Assembly (NCBI GenBank): GCA_965238275.1
Contig: OZ250186.1
Location: forward strand, 608,001 to 672,000
DNA: 64,000 bases
Source of the DNA: Nitrosopumilus sp.
Lineage (GTDB): Archaea; Thermoproteota; Nitrososphaeria; Nitrososphaerales; Nitrosopumilaceae
Direction: 5' to 3'
Below are positions 31,158 through 40,712 of the stretch, one piece after another (position 1 is the first letter of the stretch; every line of letters starts with the position of its first letter). A program made the position numbers and the translations under genes. The notes beneath the pieces are model-generated. The model was not told the origin of the DNA, searched no databases, and was given only the letters and a program-made list of their open reading frames with translations.

Positions 31158-31673
31158 ATGAAACCCTTCGTTCTCTGGATGACCGGCCTGCCATGCTCCG
31201 GCAAGACCACCATTGTAAAGGATCTGCAAAAGGACATTCCAAACCTTGCAATGCTTGACGGGGACGAGCTTCGGGAATGGTTCTCTCCCAAGGACTTTTC
31301 AAAGGCCGGACGGGACGAACACAACAAACGGGTTGCGCATCTGGCAAAACTACTGCTAAGGCATGGGGTTCCAAGCGTAGTCTCCTTGGTGTCACCGTAC
31401 CTAGAGAACAGATCAAGTGCTAGGTCGATTGTGGATGCAAGCAACCAGTTTGCCGAATGCTATGTGAAATGCTCGCTTGAAAAATGCGAGGAGAGGGATG
31501 TCAAGGGCATGTATGCCAAGGCAAGGAGAGGAGAGATCAAGGGGTTTACCGGAATTGATGATCCATACGAGGCTCCGGAGAACGCCGACCTCATAGTTGA
31601 CACCGAACACGAGTCCCTCTCAGACAGCGCAGACAGGGTAAGAGGCTTTCTCAGTGAGAGAGGCCTGCTTTGA
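31158..31673 (+). CDS. cysC: Adenylyl-sulfate kinase
   Basis: TGLPCSGKTT, LDGDELR, RDVKGMY, FTGIDDPYE. Confidence 0.95.
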   Translation: MKPFVLWMTGLPCSGKTTIVKDLQKDIPNLAMLDGDELREWFSPKDFSKAGRDEHNKRVAHLAKLLLRHGVPSVVSLVSPYLENRSSARSIVDASNQFAECYVKCSLEKCEERDVKGMYAKARRGEIKGFTGIDDPYEAPENADLIVDTEHESLSDSADRVRGFLSERGLL

Positions 31674-32472
31674 AATCCTTTAGAATCCTTTCATGAACCA
31701 GTCCGTTTGTAACCAGAATCCCGTTCCGATGCCGTACATCCATGTTGTTGTACGTGATGTCGTTCCCTGACATGTCAGTCATACTCCCCCCGGCCTCCAA
31801 TATGATGCAGTACGAAGCTGCAGTGTCCCACTCCTTCATCATGGTAGTGGTGGTAATGTATACCTCGGCCAGGCCGGAACCGATCTTTGCAACCTTTAGC
31901 GAGCTGCCAATACTTGTAAAATCATCAATACCCAGACTCCTGATAAACGCCTTCTCCGCCGGAGACAGATGGTGCCTTGAGCCCACCGCCCTGCACTCTG
32001 AGATCTCCGAGATAGCAGTAACCGACATCCTCTCCCATGCCCCCTCAGAGTACCTGTATGCGCCGCATCCCTTCTGTGCCACAAACAAAGTCCCTTCTGC
32101 AGGCCAGCCGATTACCCCCAGCACCGGCAGCCCGTTCCTTACCAGCGCGATCATCACCGTAAACTCGCCGGTCCTGTCGACAAAATCCGAAGTCCCGTCA
32201 AGTGGATCCACTATCCAGACCGTATCCTCTGAGAGCCTCTGCGGCTCATCTGCATCCTCCTCTGAAAGTATCAGGTGTCCGGTTCGCCTGAGAACCCCCT
32301 TGATAATCTCATTGCTTGCAAGATCAGCCTCGGTAACCGGAGAATTATCCGCCTTTGTCGATACCGCAAAGCCCCCCCGATAGATCTCCATGATAGTACC
32401 TCCTGCCCTGACTGCTGCCTCCACGGCAGCATCAAGATCCGGAACCCGGCCTGGCAGCGGCATGCCCGACAA
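31651..32472 (-). CDS. cysQ: 3'(2'),5'-bisphosphate nucleotidase
   Basis: SPVTEAD, LSEE, WIVDPLDGT, EWDTAA; start inferred. Confidence 0.9.
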   Translation of the reverse strand: MSGMPLPGRVPDLDAAVEAAVRAGGTIMEIYRGGFAVSTKADNSPVTEADLASNEIIKGVLRRTGHLILSEEDADEPQRLSEDTVWIVDPLDGTSDFVDRTGEFTVMIALVRNGLPVLGVIGWPAEGTLFVAQKGCGAYRYSEGAWERMSVTAISEISECRAVGSRHHLSPAEKAFIRSLGIDDFTSIGSSLKVAKIGSGLAEVYITTTTMMKEWDTAASYCIILEAGGSMTDMSGNDITYNNMDVRHRNGILVTNGLVHERILKDFKAGLSH

Positions 32473-32480
32473 GACCTTCC

Positions 32481-32705
32481 CTAGGTCGTCAGTTCCGGTT
32501 TTAGCGTCCATACCACTCCCAGCATGATGAACGGAATCGACATGATTCCTATGATGCCAAGTATTGTGTTAAACTGAGGCGCCGACACCTCTGGATTGTT
32601 GATGATCCACGGCAACGGCAGGGTGATTATCACCCAGATGATCCCCAAAAGTATTATCAGCTTGGCCTTTGCCTTTTTGCCCTTCACAGCACCCCTAGCA
32701 CACAA
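32481..32705 (-). CDS. Small two-TM membrane protein
   Basis: Two hydrophobic helices; start may be 32687. Confidence 0.7.
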   Translation of the reverse strand: MCARGAVKGKKAKAKLIILLGIIWVIITLPLPWIINNPEVSAPQFNTILGIIGIMSIPFIMLGVVWTLKPELTT

Positions 32706-32931
32706 GCTGTATTAAATTCATGTCCATTGGCAGATTTTTGGAGCCCCTGTTACAGGACGCATCTGTCAGACCCATCATCGGCTTCCTGCCATTCCGAGCG
32801 ATCCTGCAATATGCGTACCATGACATGTAATTTACGCTCCATCATTTAGAAATGAACCCAAAACATCCTATAAAATTATTAAAAAATTGAAATTTATTGA
32901 ACTAAACCTTAAATAGTTAAAATTCCTATAC

Positions 32932-33060
32932 ATGTTGATGCCGATGGATGCAACTTCTATCGACTAACCCGGCGTAGCCCCGCAGAACAAAAAGGCGCTC
33001 AGAGTATCTGACAGCAAGAGGAAATCTCTTAAAGTTCTGCCGTGAAGGGGATACGCCTCT
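32932..33060 (+). ncRNA. Candidate structured non-coding RNA of unknown family
   Basis: cttaaata box at 32908; nested helices ggcgta/tacgcc, cccc/gggg, gcagaac/gttctgc enclosing two hairpins; T-rich tail. Confidence 0.5.
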
Positions 33061-33488
33061 TATTTCTTCAAAATGTCTACAGAGACCGCGCCGTTTACGT
33101 CTCCGTTTGGATCAACGACTATTGTCATCTTCCCACCAATTGGAATCGAAACGGCCTTTTGTCCGTCATAGTCCCAGGTAAAATACTCTGAGATGCCTGT
33201 CTCCTGCAGCGTGCCCCTGAGCCTGAACTCCTCGTGGAAGTCAAGACCCTCCCCGCTTAGCGTTATCGACAGGATCTCCGGACTGCTCCCGTTTGGAACG
33301 AACCCAAAGACATACTCTCCACTGTCTGCTGTAAACGTGTTGGTGAAGACGCCGTTCTTGTACAGGCTGGGGTCTGCAAGGGTCGCATGGAACACGGCCT
33401 TGCTTTTGTCAGGCGAATCTAGCGAGCCGCCACTTACTATGGCGATTACGGCTATGGCTGCCAGCGGAATTATTATCTTCCTATCCAT
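33060..33488 (-). CDS. Secreted or membrane-anchored hypothetical protein
   Basis: MDRKIIIPLAAIAVIAIV signal anchor; tttataa box upstream. Confidence 0.7.
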   Translation of the reverse strand: MDRKIIIPLAAIAVIAIVSGGSLDSPDKSKAVFHATLADPSLYKNGVFTNTFTADSGEYVFGFVPNGSSPEILSITLSGEGLDFHEEFRLRGTLQETGISEYFTWDYDGQKAVSIPIGGKMTIVVDPNGDVNGAVSVDILKK

Positions 33489-33862
33489 GGGATCAGTCAG
33501 GCGCGATATTATAAAAACGAACTTTGAATCGTTACGTACTTCCCAGTTCTGGCACCAGCCCGGAAACCCGTGTGATTCCAGACACCATGCATCCGGAAGC
33601 TCAAACCCAAACTGCCTGTTTATAACGGAACACCGCAGGGAATGCCTTGATAGATTTTCAAACCGTTCTGTGCATTTGGCCGGCGTACATGGCATGCCCA
33701 AATTACTCCCTAAACCGCAGTCTGTCATGCCGTGGCGTGTCCGTCAGGCCTGGCAAATCACCGCATACCCCAGTGATGCGGCCCATTCTTGTTAGTGAAA
33801 TTTTATGTACTGTTAATCAATATTTACACCTGAAATTAAGTACGAACTACACAACCATGATT

Positions 33863-34510
33863 ATGCCCAGTATGAGCGATAAGTGGTCAAAGCAACCAAA
33901 GCCAAGCATTGCTGATAAGATTAATGATACCTTAAAACCCAAAGGTGCCCTGAAACCACGGGTTCAGCGCGCAATTGGCAAGCTGCGACTGCAGACAAGG
34001 AAGCTGGATTCCATGCTTGGAAATCTGCAGGAGCGTGATGCAAAACTCTTCCAGAGAATTGTAGAGGCAACGCAAAAGCATGATGTCCAGACCAGCAGGG
34101 TTCTTGGAAACGAGCTGGCCGAGATCAGAAAGGTCACAAAGATTCTAAGCAGCGCCCGAATCGCGCTGGAGCAGATCGAACTGCGTCTTACTACCTGCCA
34201 AGATCTTGGAGACACGGTGGTGGCAATCATGCCAACAATAGGCCTTATGAAAAACCTGAAGACGTCCCTAGGAAAGGTAATGCCCGGGGCCGAACGGGAG
34301 ATTGGCCAGATGGCAGAGATGCTTGGCGGCTTCATGACTGAGAGTTTTGCAGGCGATGCCGCATTCGGACTAGACGATTCAACCAATATCGAGTCCGAAA
34401 ACATTCTCAAGGAGGCTGCCGCCGTTGCTGAAAGTTCTACCAGCCAGATGTTCCCGTCGGTTCCATCCGAAACTGCCGGCAAGGCAAACTCGCTCAATTC
34501 CAACTACTAA
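33863..34510 (+). CDS. ESCRT-III / CdvB-like (Snf7) protein
   Basis: NELAEIRKV, LEQIELRLTT, DLGD; paralog of 56451-57104. Confidence 0.9.
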   Translation: MPSMSDKWSKQPKPSIADKINDTLKPKGALKPRVQRAIGKLRLQTRKLDSMLGNLQERDAKLFQRIVEATQKHDVQTSRVLGNELAEIRKVTKILSSARIALEQIELRLTTCQDLGDTVVAIMPTIGLMKNLKTSLGKVMPGAEREIGQMAEMLGGFMTESFAGDAAFGLDDSTNIESENILKEAAAVAESSTSQMFPSVPSETAGKANSLNSNY

Positions 34511-34575
34511 ATTCTGTCCGTGCCATACTGGTTCCTGCCGGATGTACAGACTGGCACCTGTCTGATTCATAGTTC

Positions 34576-36111
34576 CTATAGCGGCGAGCAAAAGTTTGTG
34601 CAAACAGATCTCTCTGTAGCGTGTCCTGGTGCTCTTTCCGGCGCTCTGTCAGACCTTCCAATATTGTCGTCGTTGTCGGGTCCAAGCCGACCTGTCGAAT
34701 TGTTCATTCCAGAACCATCCGATCCGTGATCCTCGCGCCTTGTGACGACCTCGACACCTGCAATGGTGCCTCCACGATTCCCGTGGGCTTGGCCGCCAGT
34801 CTCCTCCGTATGGAGACAGTCATTATCCAAAATGTTTTTTGCCGCGTTCTTGTCGGCATGGTGGCACCATCCGCATGAGACGCAGACAAATGATTCGCCG
34901 TTTCTGGACTTTTTGTCCACTATCCCGCAGGCAGCGCATCTCTGGCTTGTATGTGCGGATTCCACGCGTTTTGTAATTCCGCCCCTCTTTTTCATCTGCC
35001 ATTCAACTTGGCTCCGAAACTCGCCCATTCTGGAATAGGCCATCTCGCGGTTCAACCCCGTCTTTGGGGCGGCCCCGTTGGATCTCCTCATCCTGGTCAA
35101 ATCCAGGTCTTCCAGAGACGTAATCCGTAATTAGTCGTTAGGCACAAAGTGGGAATAGATGCTAGGCACGAAATGACCCAAAACTGCCTATTACGGATTA
35201 TGTCTCAGGAACAATACGGACAGTCCTTTTGTTATCCGCCTGGCAATGTCGGCCTCGTTGTGTTTTTGCCTGTTTGATATCTTTTTCAATTCATGCGTTA
35301 TCCTGCGGCCGATCTCTTTCCACCTTCTGGAGCCTGGCTGGCATCTTGATCTAAATGATTTCAGCTGATCAATCCTGTCGCCGTCATGCCTCTTGCAGCC
35401 TCCGGGGACACTGTGCAGTTTTTCATTCCCATGCTCGTCTGCGACTGCCGCAAGGTGCCTGACTCCAAGATCCAGCCCTGCCTTGCATCCGCGGCCACCG
35501 CCTGTCGTGGGTTCGGGGTCTGGGACTTCTATCTGCAAATGCAGTTTGAATTCGCGATCACCATCCCTGGTCTTGCGCGTGACCTTGCCTGTGGTGTCAA
35601 TCATCTGGAATGACACGAGCCTGCCTTCTGGAACCCTCGTGCGTGGCCTTACCTCCCCGAGTCCGGGCAGAAATACGGTGCCGTCGTCCCGCAGTTTTGG
35701 CTTTCCGCGTGAATTCAGCGAGCGCAGCCTGGTTGTTTTCCTGCCGCGCCTCATCAGGCTGGACGGCTCGGTCCACCTGTTGTGCTTGTACGTTTTCTTT
35801 TTCCCCAGCTTGATCTGTCTCTTGCGCCAGATGCGCTTGTTGTGCTTGAGCCGGTTTGCCTTGCGGAATTTGACTGCCGCCTGGAAAGCATGTTTTGAGG
35901 CGGCCTCATGCATGCGGACGCTGCTGGCCAGGTTGAATTCCCTGCGCCATCCTGTTATCAGGTTGTTGACATCAAACTGTGTGATCCGTGAGTGTGCAAG
36001 TTTCATCATGATTGTCATGTCGTAAATGATGTCTGTTTCCCGGGAGCATTTCACGATCTTGCGTGACAGTTCCCGAGATTGTGTTATCTTGATGATTTTA
36101 CTGACAATCAT
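34576..36111 (-). pseudogene. tnpB: TnpB interrupted by a MITE (copy 2)
   Basis: Translation identical to copy 1 except for the last few residues. Confidence 0.92.
35116..35205. mobile_element. 90-bp MITE, copy 2
   Basis: Identical to 7468-7557; TSD cag at 35113-35115 and 35206-35208. Confidence 0.92.
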
Positions 36112-36168
36112 ACCTGTAGTTGGGATTTATTTTCTTAAAAAAGGTGCCCAAAAAATTGCACGAACTTT

Positions 36169-37938
36169 GTAATTGTTTCGCTTTTTGAAGTACCCCGGAT
36201 GGCCTAGCGGGCATCCATGGCGCCGGGAATAAATCTAATGATTTCGTGCTCGGGACGACAAAGCTAGACTGTCGTGATCTAAATGTGAGTGGGTGCTAGT
36301 TCCTTCGAGATAGCAAATGAAGAAACCAGCACACCAGACATGCTTGGAGGTGGAGGAATTTAAGGCAATACACGAGCCCTCCTTACACTTACCACAAATC
36401 CTTCCTGATGCCGGGGCGTGCATGAAACCAGAATGCAGGTGTTGTCGGTTCTGGACAAGGGTGCTTGGCGATACGATCGGCTTGACAGGCAAGATCTTGG
36501 AGGCTGCTGCCGCCGAAGTTGCAGGCAGGCCAGGCGCCAACTGCAAGGAGATCGAGGACCTGCAGGCACTCGTCTCATCCCTCACAGAGGACAACAAGAG
36601 GTACGCCAAGGCCAACAGGGAGCTTAACGCCAAGGCCAACAGGATCAACATCCCCACCGTGACCAAGAAAAAGGCAGGCCCAAGGAAGGCCGGCAGGCCC
36701 AAGGGGCAAAAACCCACCATCAACTGCAGGCCAAAACGCGTCGACCGCGTCGAGGAGATCGACTGCAAGGAATGTCCCGACTGTGGCAACGACAATCTTT
36801 CGGACGTGACTGACAGGTACGATCGCATCGTGACTGTCATGCGCGTCATACTGGAAAACGTCAGGTACGTCATCAAGCGGCGCTGGTGCCGCGGGTGCAA
36901 AAAACAGGTCTCTGGAAGGGTTCCCGGCGCGGCAAAACACGCGCGCCGTTCATCAAACTTTGATGCGGCCATGACGTCCCTGAACATGAACGGTTTGTCG
37001 CATGCCAGGGCCGCAGAATTTGGCAGCGACGCGTGGGGGCACAAAATCTCGCGCCCGTCTGCATACCGCGGCAAGATCAGGCAGGCAGAGCGCATGGCAC
37101 CGGAGCGTGATTCTGTAAGAAAGCGCGTGTTAGAGGCGCCACACCTGAACGCAGACGAATTCCACTGGCCGTTGGGCGGCAAACGCGGCTACGGGATAGT
37201 GGCCCTGGCAAAAGACGCCTGCCTCGTGGAGGTGACCGGCTCGTGGGGCATCAAGACGCTTTGCCACACACTCCCGGACTACAAGGGAACCATAACGCAG
37301 GACTCGTATTCAGGATGGCTCCACGTGGGATCGTGCCGCCAGATGTGCGTGTGGCACCAGGAACGCCTGGTGCAAAAGGACGTCCTGACCAACCCCAAAG
37401 GTGACGTTCCAAAGTTTCTGGACAGGCTGTCGGCAATCCACGATAAGATTTATCGCGCATCCAGAATCGAGGACGGGCACACGAGGATCGTCGCGGCCCA
37501 CTGCATAGACGCGGAGCTGCGCGGGCTGATGAACGAACCGTTTGCAGACGATGGGCACGGCACCATCGCCAGACACAAGAAGAGGAACCCCCGGGAGGGA
37601 TACTTTATGACCACCTGCCTGCACGTGGACGGCATCGAGCCGGACAACAACGCAGTGGAGAGGGTCAACCGGAGGTTCGTGGCCATAAGGAGCGACGGGG
37701 GCGGAAACCGCTCCCAGAAGGGCATGGATGCCAACTCGATCCTGTTCACGCTGCTGGCAACTGACAGGATCAACGCGAACAGTTTCTTTGATCATCTGGT
37801 CCGCTCGTCCTCTGGAGACAGTTGAGGCATCATCTGACGGCACGTATGGTGCATCACGGGAAAAAAGATTCCACGGCAAGGGAAAGGCTGCACCTGCTCC
37901 ACTGTTAGGCAGGCCACTTCAAAAAGCGAAACTGTTAC
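36169..37938 (+). mobile_element. IS66-family element (single ORF), 1770 bp
   Basis: TIR gtaattgtttcgctttttgaagt / acttcaaaaagcgaaactgttac (21/23); 8-bp TSD cgaacttt at 36161-36168 and 37939-37946. Confidence 0.92.
36317..37825 (+). CDS. IS66-family transposase
   Basis: Coiled coil, GRPKG, CPDC/CRGC, NADE, TQDSY, QMCVWH, PDNNAVER; start uncertain. Confidence 0.9.
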   Translation: MKKPAHQTCLEVEEFKAIHEPSLHLPQILPDAGACMKPECRCCRFWTRVLGDTIGLTGKILEAAAAEVAGRPGANCKEIEDLQALVSSLTEDNKRYAKANRELNAKANRINIPTVTKKKAGPRKAGRPKGQKPTINCRPKRVDRVEEIDCKECPDCGNDNLSDVTDRYDRIVTVMRVILENVRYVIKRRWCRGCKKQVSGRVPGAAKHARRSSNFDAAMTSLNMNGLSHARAAEFGSDAWGHKISRPSAYRGKIRQAERMAPERDSVRKRVLEAPHLNADEFHWPLGGKRGYGIVALAKDACLVEVTGSWGIKTLCHTLPDYKGTITQDSYSGWLHVGSCRQMCVWHQERLVQKDVLTNPKGDVPKFLDRLSAIHDKIYRASRIEDGHTRIVAAHCIDAELRGLMNEPFADDGHGTIARHKKRNPREGYFMTTCLHVDGIEPDNNAVERVNRRFVAIRSDGGGNRSQKGMDANSILFTLLATDRINANSFFDHLVRSSSGDS

Positions 37939-38032
37939 CGAACTTTCGCTTTTCACTATAGAATGGCCGCCCTAGCTGCTCAGGATCGGCACTATCATAA
38001 ACTTCATATACATTTTCCCAACAGCATTGAGT

Positions 38033-38227
38033 ATGGCCTCCAAGGCAATCACAGCAGGCGTGGGAATTCCAATGATTGTGGTGGGTGCGTTAATGGCTTG
38101 GCTGTGGGCACCTACAAGTGCCGACCTTCAAAACCAGGTGGAGCTTGTAGGAAGCACAATCGGAATTCTGGGAGTCGTGTTCTTCATCTCCGGACTCTTC
38201 TATTCAAAAGAACCTGTAATGCATTAG
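38033..38227 (+). CDS. Small two-TM membrane protein
   Basis: Two hydrophobic helices. Confidence 0.7.
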   Translation: MASKAITAGVGIPMIVVGALMAWLWAPTSADLQNQVELVGSTIGILGVVFFISGLFYSKEPVMH

Positions 38228-38259
38228 GTACATAACCGAGTAGCCTTCAAACACATTAC

Positions 38260-38973
38260 TTGAATGTCAGACTGTCTGAGATATTTACATCCGTTGAAGG
38301 CGAAGGCATCCTTTACGGAACAAAGACGCTGTTTGTAAGGCTGGCCGGCTGTCCCTTTACGTGCTTTTACTGCGATACCCCTGAATCCCTTCCGCTTGAC
38401 TCGGGCACGGAGCACACAGTTGAGGAGGCATGCGGCATGATCGACTCAAGCCTGCAGAGAAAGACATTCAAGGTCAACTTTACCGGAGGCGATCCCCTGA
38501 TACAGCATCAGGCAGTGGCGCTTCTTGCACAGCATGTCCAGAAAAAAAAGATCCCCACCTATCTGGAGTCATCATGCTTTGATGTTGGCAGGTTCAACCA
38601 TGTTCTGCCATATTTTGACATAATAAAGATCGAGTTCAAGACAAGGGATTCAAATTTTGTAGACCCGCAACACCATGAACGGTTGACCGGCCATGCCATG
38701 AAATGCCTCGAGTCGGCTGCCAGAGGGGGCAAGACAACATACGTCAAGGTTGTGGCAAGCTCCAAGACAGACCCTGGTGATATTGAGGATCTGGCATCTG
38801 CAGTCTTTGGGGGCATGTCCGGACATGCCGTGTCCGGGTTTGTCATCCAGCCAACCTATGGCGTTTCTGAACCATCGCTGGAACGCCTGCTGGAACTGTA
38901 CGACGCCGTTGTTCCGTACTATGAGGATGTCCGGATAGTCCCGCAACTGCACAAGTTCATCGGGGCACCATAA
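38260..38973 (+). CDS. queE: 7-carboxy-7-deazaguanine synthase (radical SAM)
   Basis: EIFTSVEGEG, CPFTCFYCDT, TGGDPL, PQLHK. Confidence 0.93.
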   Translation: MNVRLSEIFTSVEGEGILYGTKTLFVRLAGCPFTCFYCDTPESLPLDSGTEHTVEEACGMIDSSLQRKTFKVNFTGGDPLIQHQAVALLAQHVQKKKIPTYLESSCFDVGRFNHVLPYFDIIKIEFKTRDSNFVDPQHHERLTGHAMKCLESAARGGKTTYVKVVASSKTDPGDIEDLASAVFGGMSGHAVSGFVIQPTYGVSEPSLERLLELYDAVVPYYEDVRIVPQLHKFIGAP

Positions 38974-39143
38974 GGCGCAGTACGGCCAGTCGATGTTTGC
39001 TCAATGTGGAAGGATGTGTGTCTGCGCATCGATTACGCATAAGGTCTATGAGAACTGCACGGTAAAACACCGCGCCGTGATGCAGGACAGCTGGCTGAGG
39101 TTCCGCCTAGGTTCAAATATCCGACGAATGCCGTACCTGTCAA

Positions 39144-39698
39144 ATGGATCATGAACGCGTAAAAAAACTTGTCCGGGAACTGATAATCGAAGTAGGTGAG
39201 GATCCGACACGGGAGGGACTGCGGGAGACTCCCCAGAGAATTGCCAACATGTACACTGAGATCTTTGAGGGCTACGACTCTGACTCGGAGCTGTCCGTGC
39301 AGTTCTCCGAGGACTCTGATACGGTGATTGCACGCGACATCCAGTTCTACTCCATGTGCGAGCATCACATGTTGCCATTCTACGGAAAGATCCACATAGC
39401 GTACTCGCCAAATGGCAGGGTCTTTGGCATATCCAAATTGGTCAAACTAGTAGAAAAGTACTCAAGGAGGCTGCAGATACAGGAGAGGCTTACAAAGAAC
39501 ATCGCTGACGAACTGTACGGGCAGGGGATCCGGGGCGTGGTGGTGCTGGCCGAGGCAGAACACCTATGCATGAAGATGCGGGGGGTCAGAAACGACGCCG
39601 TGCTGCTGTCCTCTGCATTCCGTGGAATCTATGAGAGTCGGGAGGAGAAGGAGAGCATCATGACCATGATTAGGCAGTGTGTACAGGACTCGCTTTGA
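39144..39698 (+). CDS. folE: GTP cyclohydrolase I
   Basis: REGLRETPQR, CEHH, LQIQERLT, HLCMKMRG. Confidence 0.96.
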   Translation: MDHERVKKLVRELIIEVGEDPTREGLRETPQRIANMYTEIFEGYDSDSELSVQFSEDSDTVIARDIQFYSMCEHHMLPFYGKIHIAYSPNGRVFGISKLVKLVEKYSRRLQIQERLTKNIADELYGQGIRGVVVLAEAEHLCMKMRGVRNDAVLLSSAFRGIYESREEKESIMTMIRQCVQDSL

Positions 39699-39773
39699 GG
39701 GAACCGTATTCAAAGGCGGTTTTCCAGTTTTGGTATTGGAATAATTAAATAATCAATCCTCTTGATTACCAAC

Positions 39774-40025
39774 ATGGGAGCGCACCCGAACATCCACATT
39801 CCAAAGGAATCATGGCCCAACTGGACATGGTATGCGCTGGAGGCCGGAATCGTTCTTGCAGTATCCATGCTGGTCTCACAGCAGATCACCGACTCGATTG
39901 AGGGCCTTGCAGCAGACACCCAAAACTACGTCTTCATGGGGATCGTCGGACTGATATTTCTGGCATGGTACATTGGAATCCGGGGACTCCTTCTGAAGAA
40001 GAAGATCCTCGGGAACAGCTACTAG
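39774..40025 (+). CDS. Small membrane protein
   Basis: Two TM helices; ttaaata box upstream. Confidence 0.7.
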   Translation: MGAHPNIHIPKESWPNWTWYALEAGIVLAVSMLVSQQITDSIEGLAADTQNYVFMGIVGLIFLAWYIGIRGLLLKKKILGNSY

Positions 40026-40696
40026 CGCTGCCTCAGATATCTTGTCCTGTCCGTAATGCCTGCATCCTCAAATGCAGCCTTTCTGTTGTTGCACGACTCG
40101 CAGACCCCGCAATGAAACCTCTTGTCTGCGTAGCAGCTCCACGTCTTGAAGATCAGATCCCCCAAGGCATCTGCTCCGGCTCTTAACAGATCGCTCTTTG
40201 AGAGGCCGTGTCTGTAGGGTGACCATATCTCAATCTTGTTGTGCAGCCCGGATCTGATTCCGTCGATCTCGCCCTGGTTGAACGCCGCCTCGATCTTTTC
40301 TGTGAACGCCGGTCTGCAGTCCGGGTAGTGACTGTCTCCGGTGTGCGCACCGTATCCGACTAGGGAGGCGCCAATGGCATATGCCCATGCCGAGGCAATT
40401 GAGAGGAATATCGCGTTTCTGATTGGGACTACAATCGAATACTCAAATCTTCCAGGTATGTCCTTGGTGCCTGTCAGGACATTTGCATCCCCGTACAGCT
40501 CCTTCATAAAGCCAATATCGACTACCTTGTGCTGTTTGAATCCGAGTCGCTTGGCAAAGGTTCCTGCCACGGTTACCTCCCTGTCTGCCCTCTGTCCGTA
40601 CGAAAAACTGATCCCGTACAGCTCGTATCTTGGCTTGAGAAGCAGCGCGGTGCACACCGAATCCAAACCCCCGCTGAAAACAATGACTGCCTTCAT
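40022..40696 (-). CDS. queC: 7-cyano-7-deazaguanine synthase
   Basis: SGGLDS, YGQR, VPIRN, YPDC, TWSCY..CGVCESC. Confidence 0.95.
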   Translation of the reverse strand: MKAVIVFSGGLDSVCTALLLKPRYELYGISFSYGQRADREVTVAGTFAKRLGFKQHKVVDIGFMKELYGDANVLTGTKDIPGRFEYSIVVPIRNAIFLSIASAWAYAIGASLVGYGAHTGDSHYPDCRPAFTEKIEAAFNQGEIDGIRSGLHNKIEIWSPYRHGLSKSDLLRAGADALGDLIFKTWSCYADKRFHCGVCESCNNRKAAFEDAGITDRTRYLRQR

Positions 40697-40712
40697 TGGA
40701 TCCAGTCCGGCA

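Larger units (their letters stand above)
34579..37958 (-). mobile_element. TIR-bounded TnpB element, copy 2, with nested MITE and IS66
   Basis: Matches copy 1 at offset 27648; TA at 34577-34578 and 37959-37960; one TIR split by the IS66. Confidence 0.85.

Noticed and set aside
32932-33060. 5S rRNA, hammerhead ribozyme or tRNA identity for the structured RNA
   Set aside because: It lacks 5S end-to-end pairing and conserved loops, the CUGANGA core, and a T-loop cloverleaf; kept as an unknown RNA.
38974-39143. preQ1-riboswitch-like gaggttc and a hairpin between queE and folE
   Set aside because: No P1 closure or A-rich tail, and this riboswitch is not expected in archaea.
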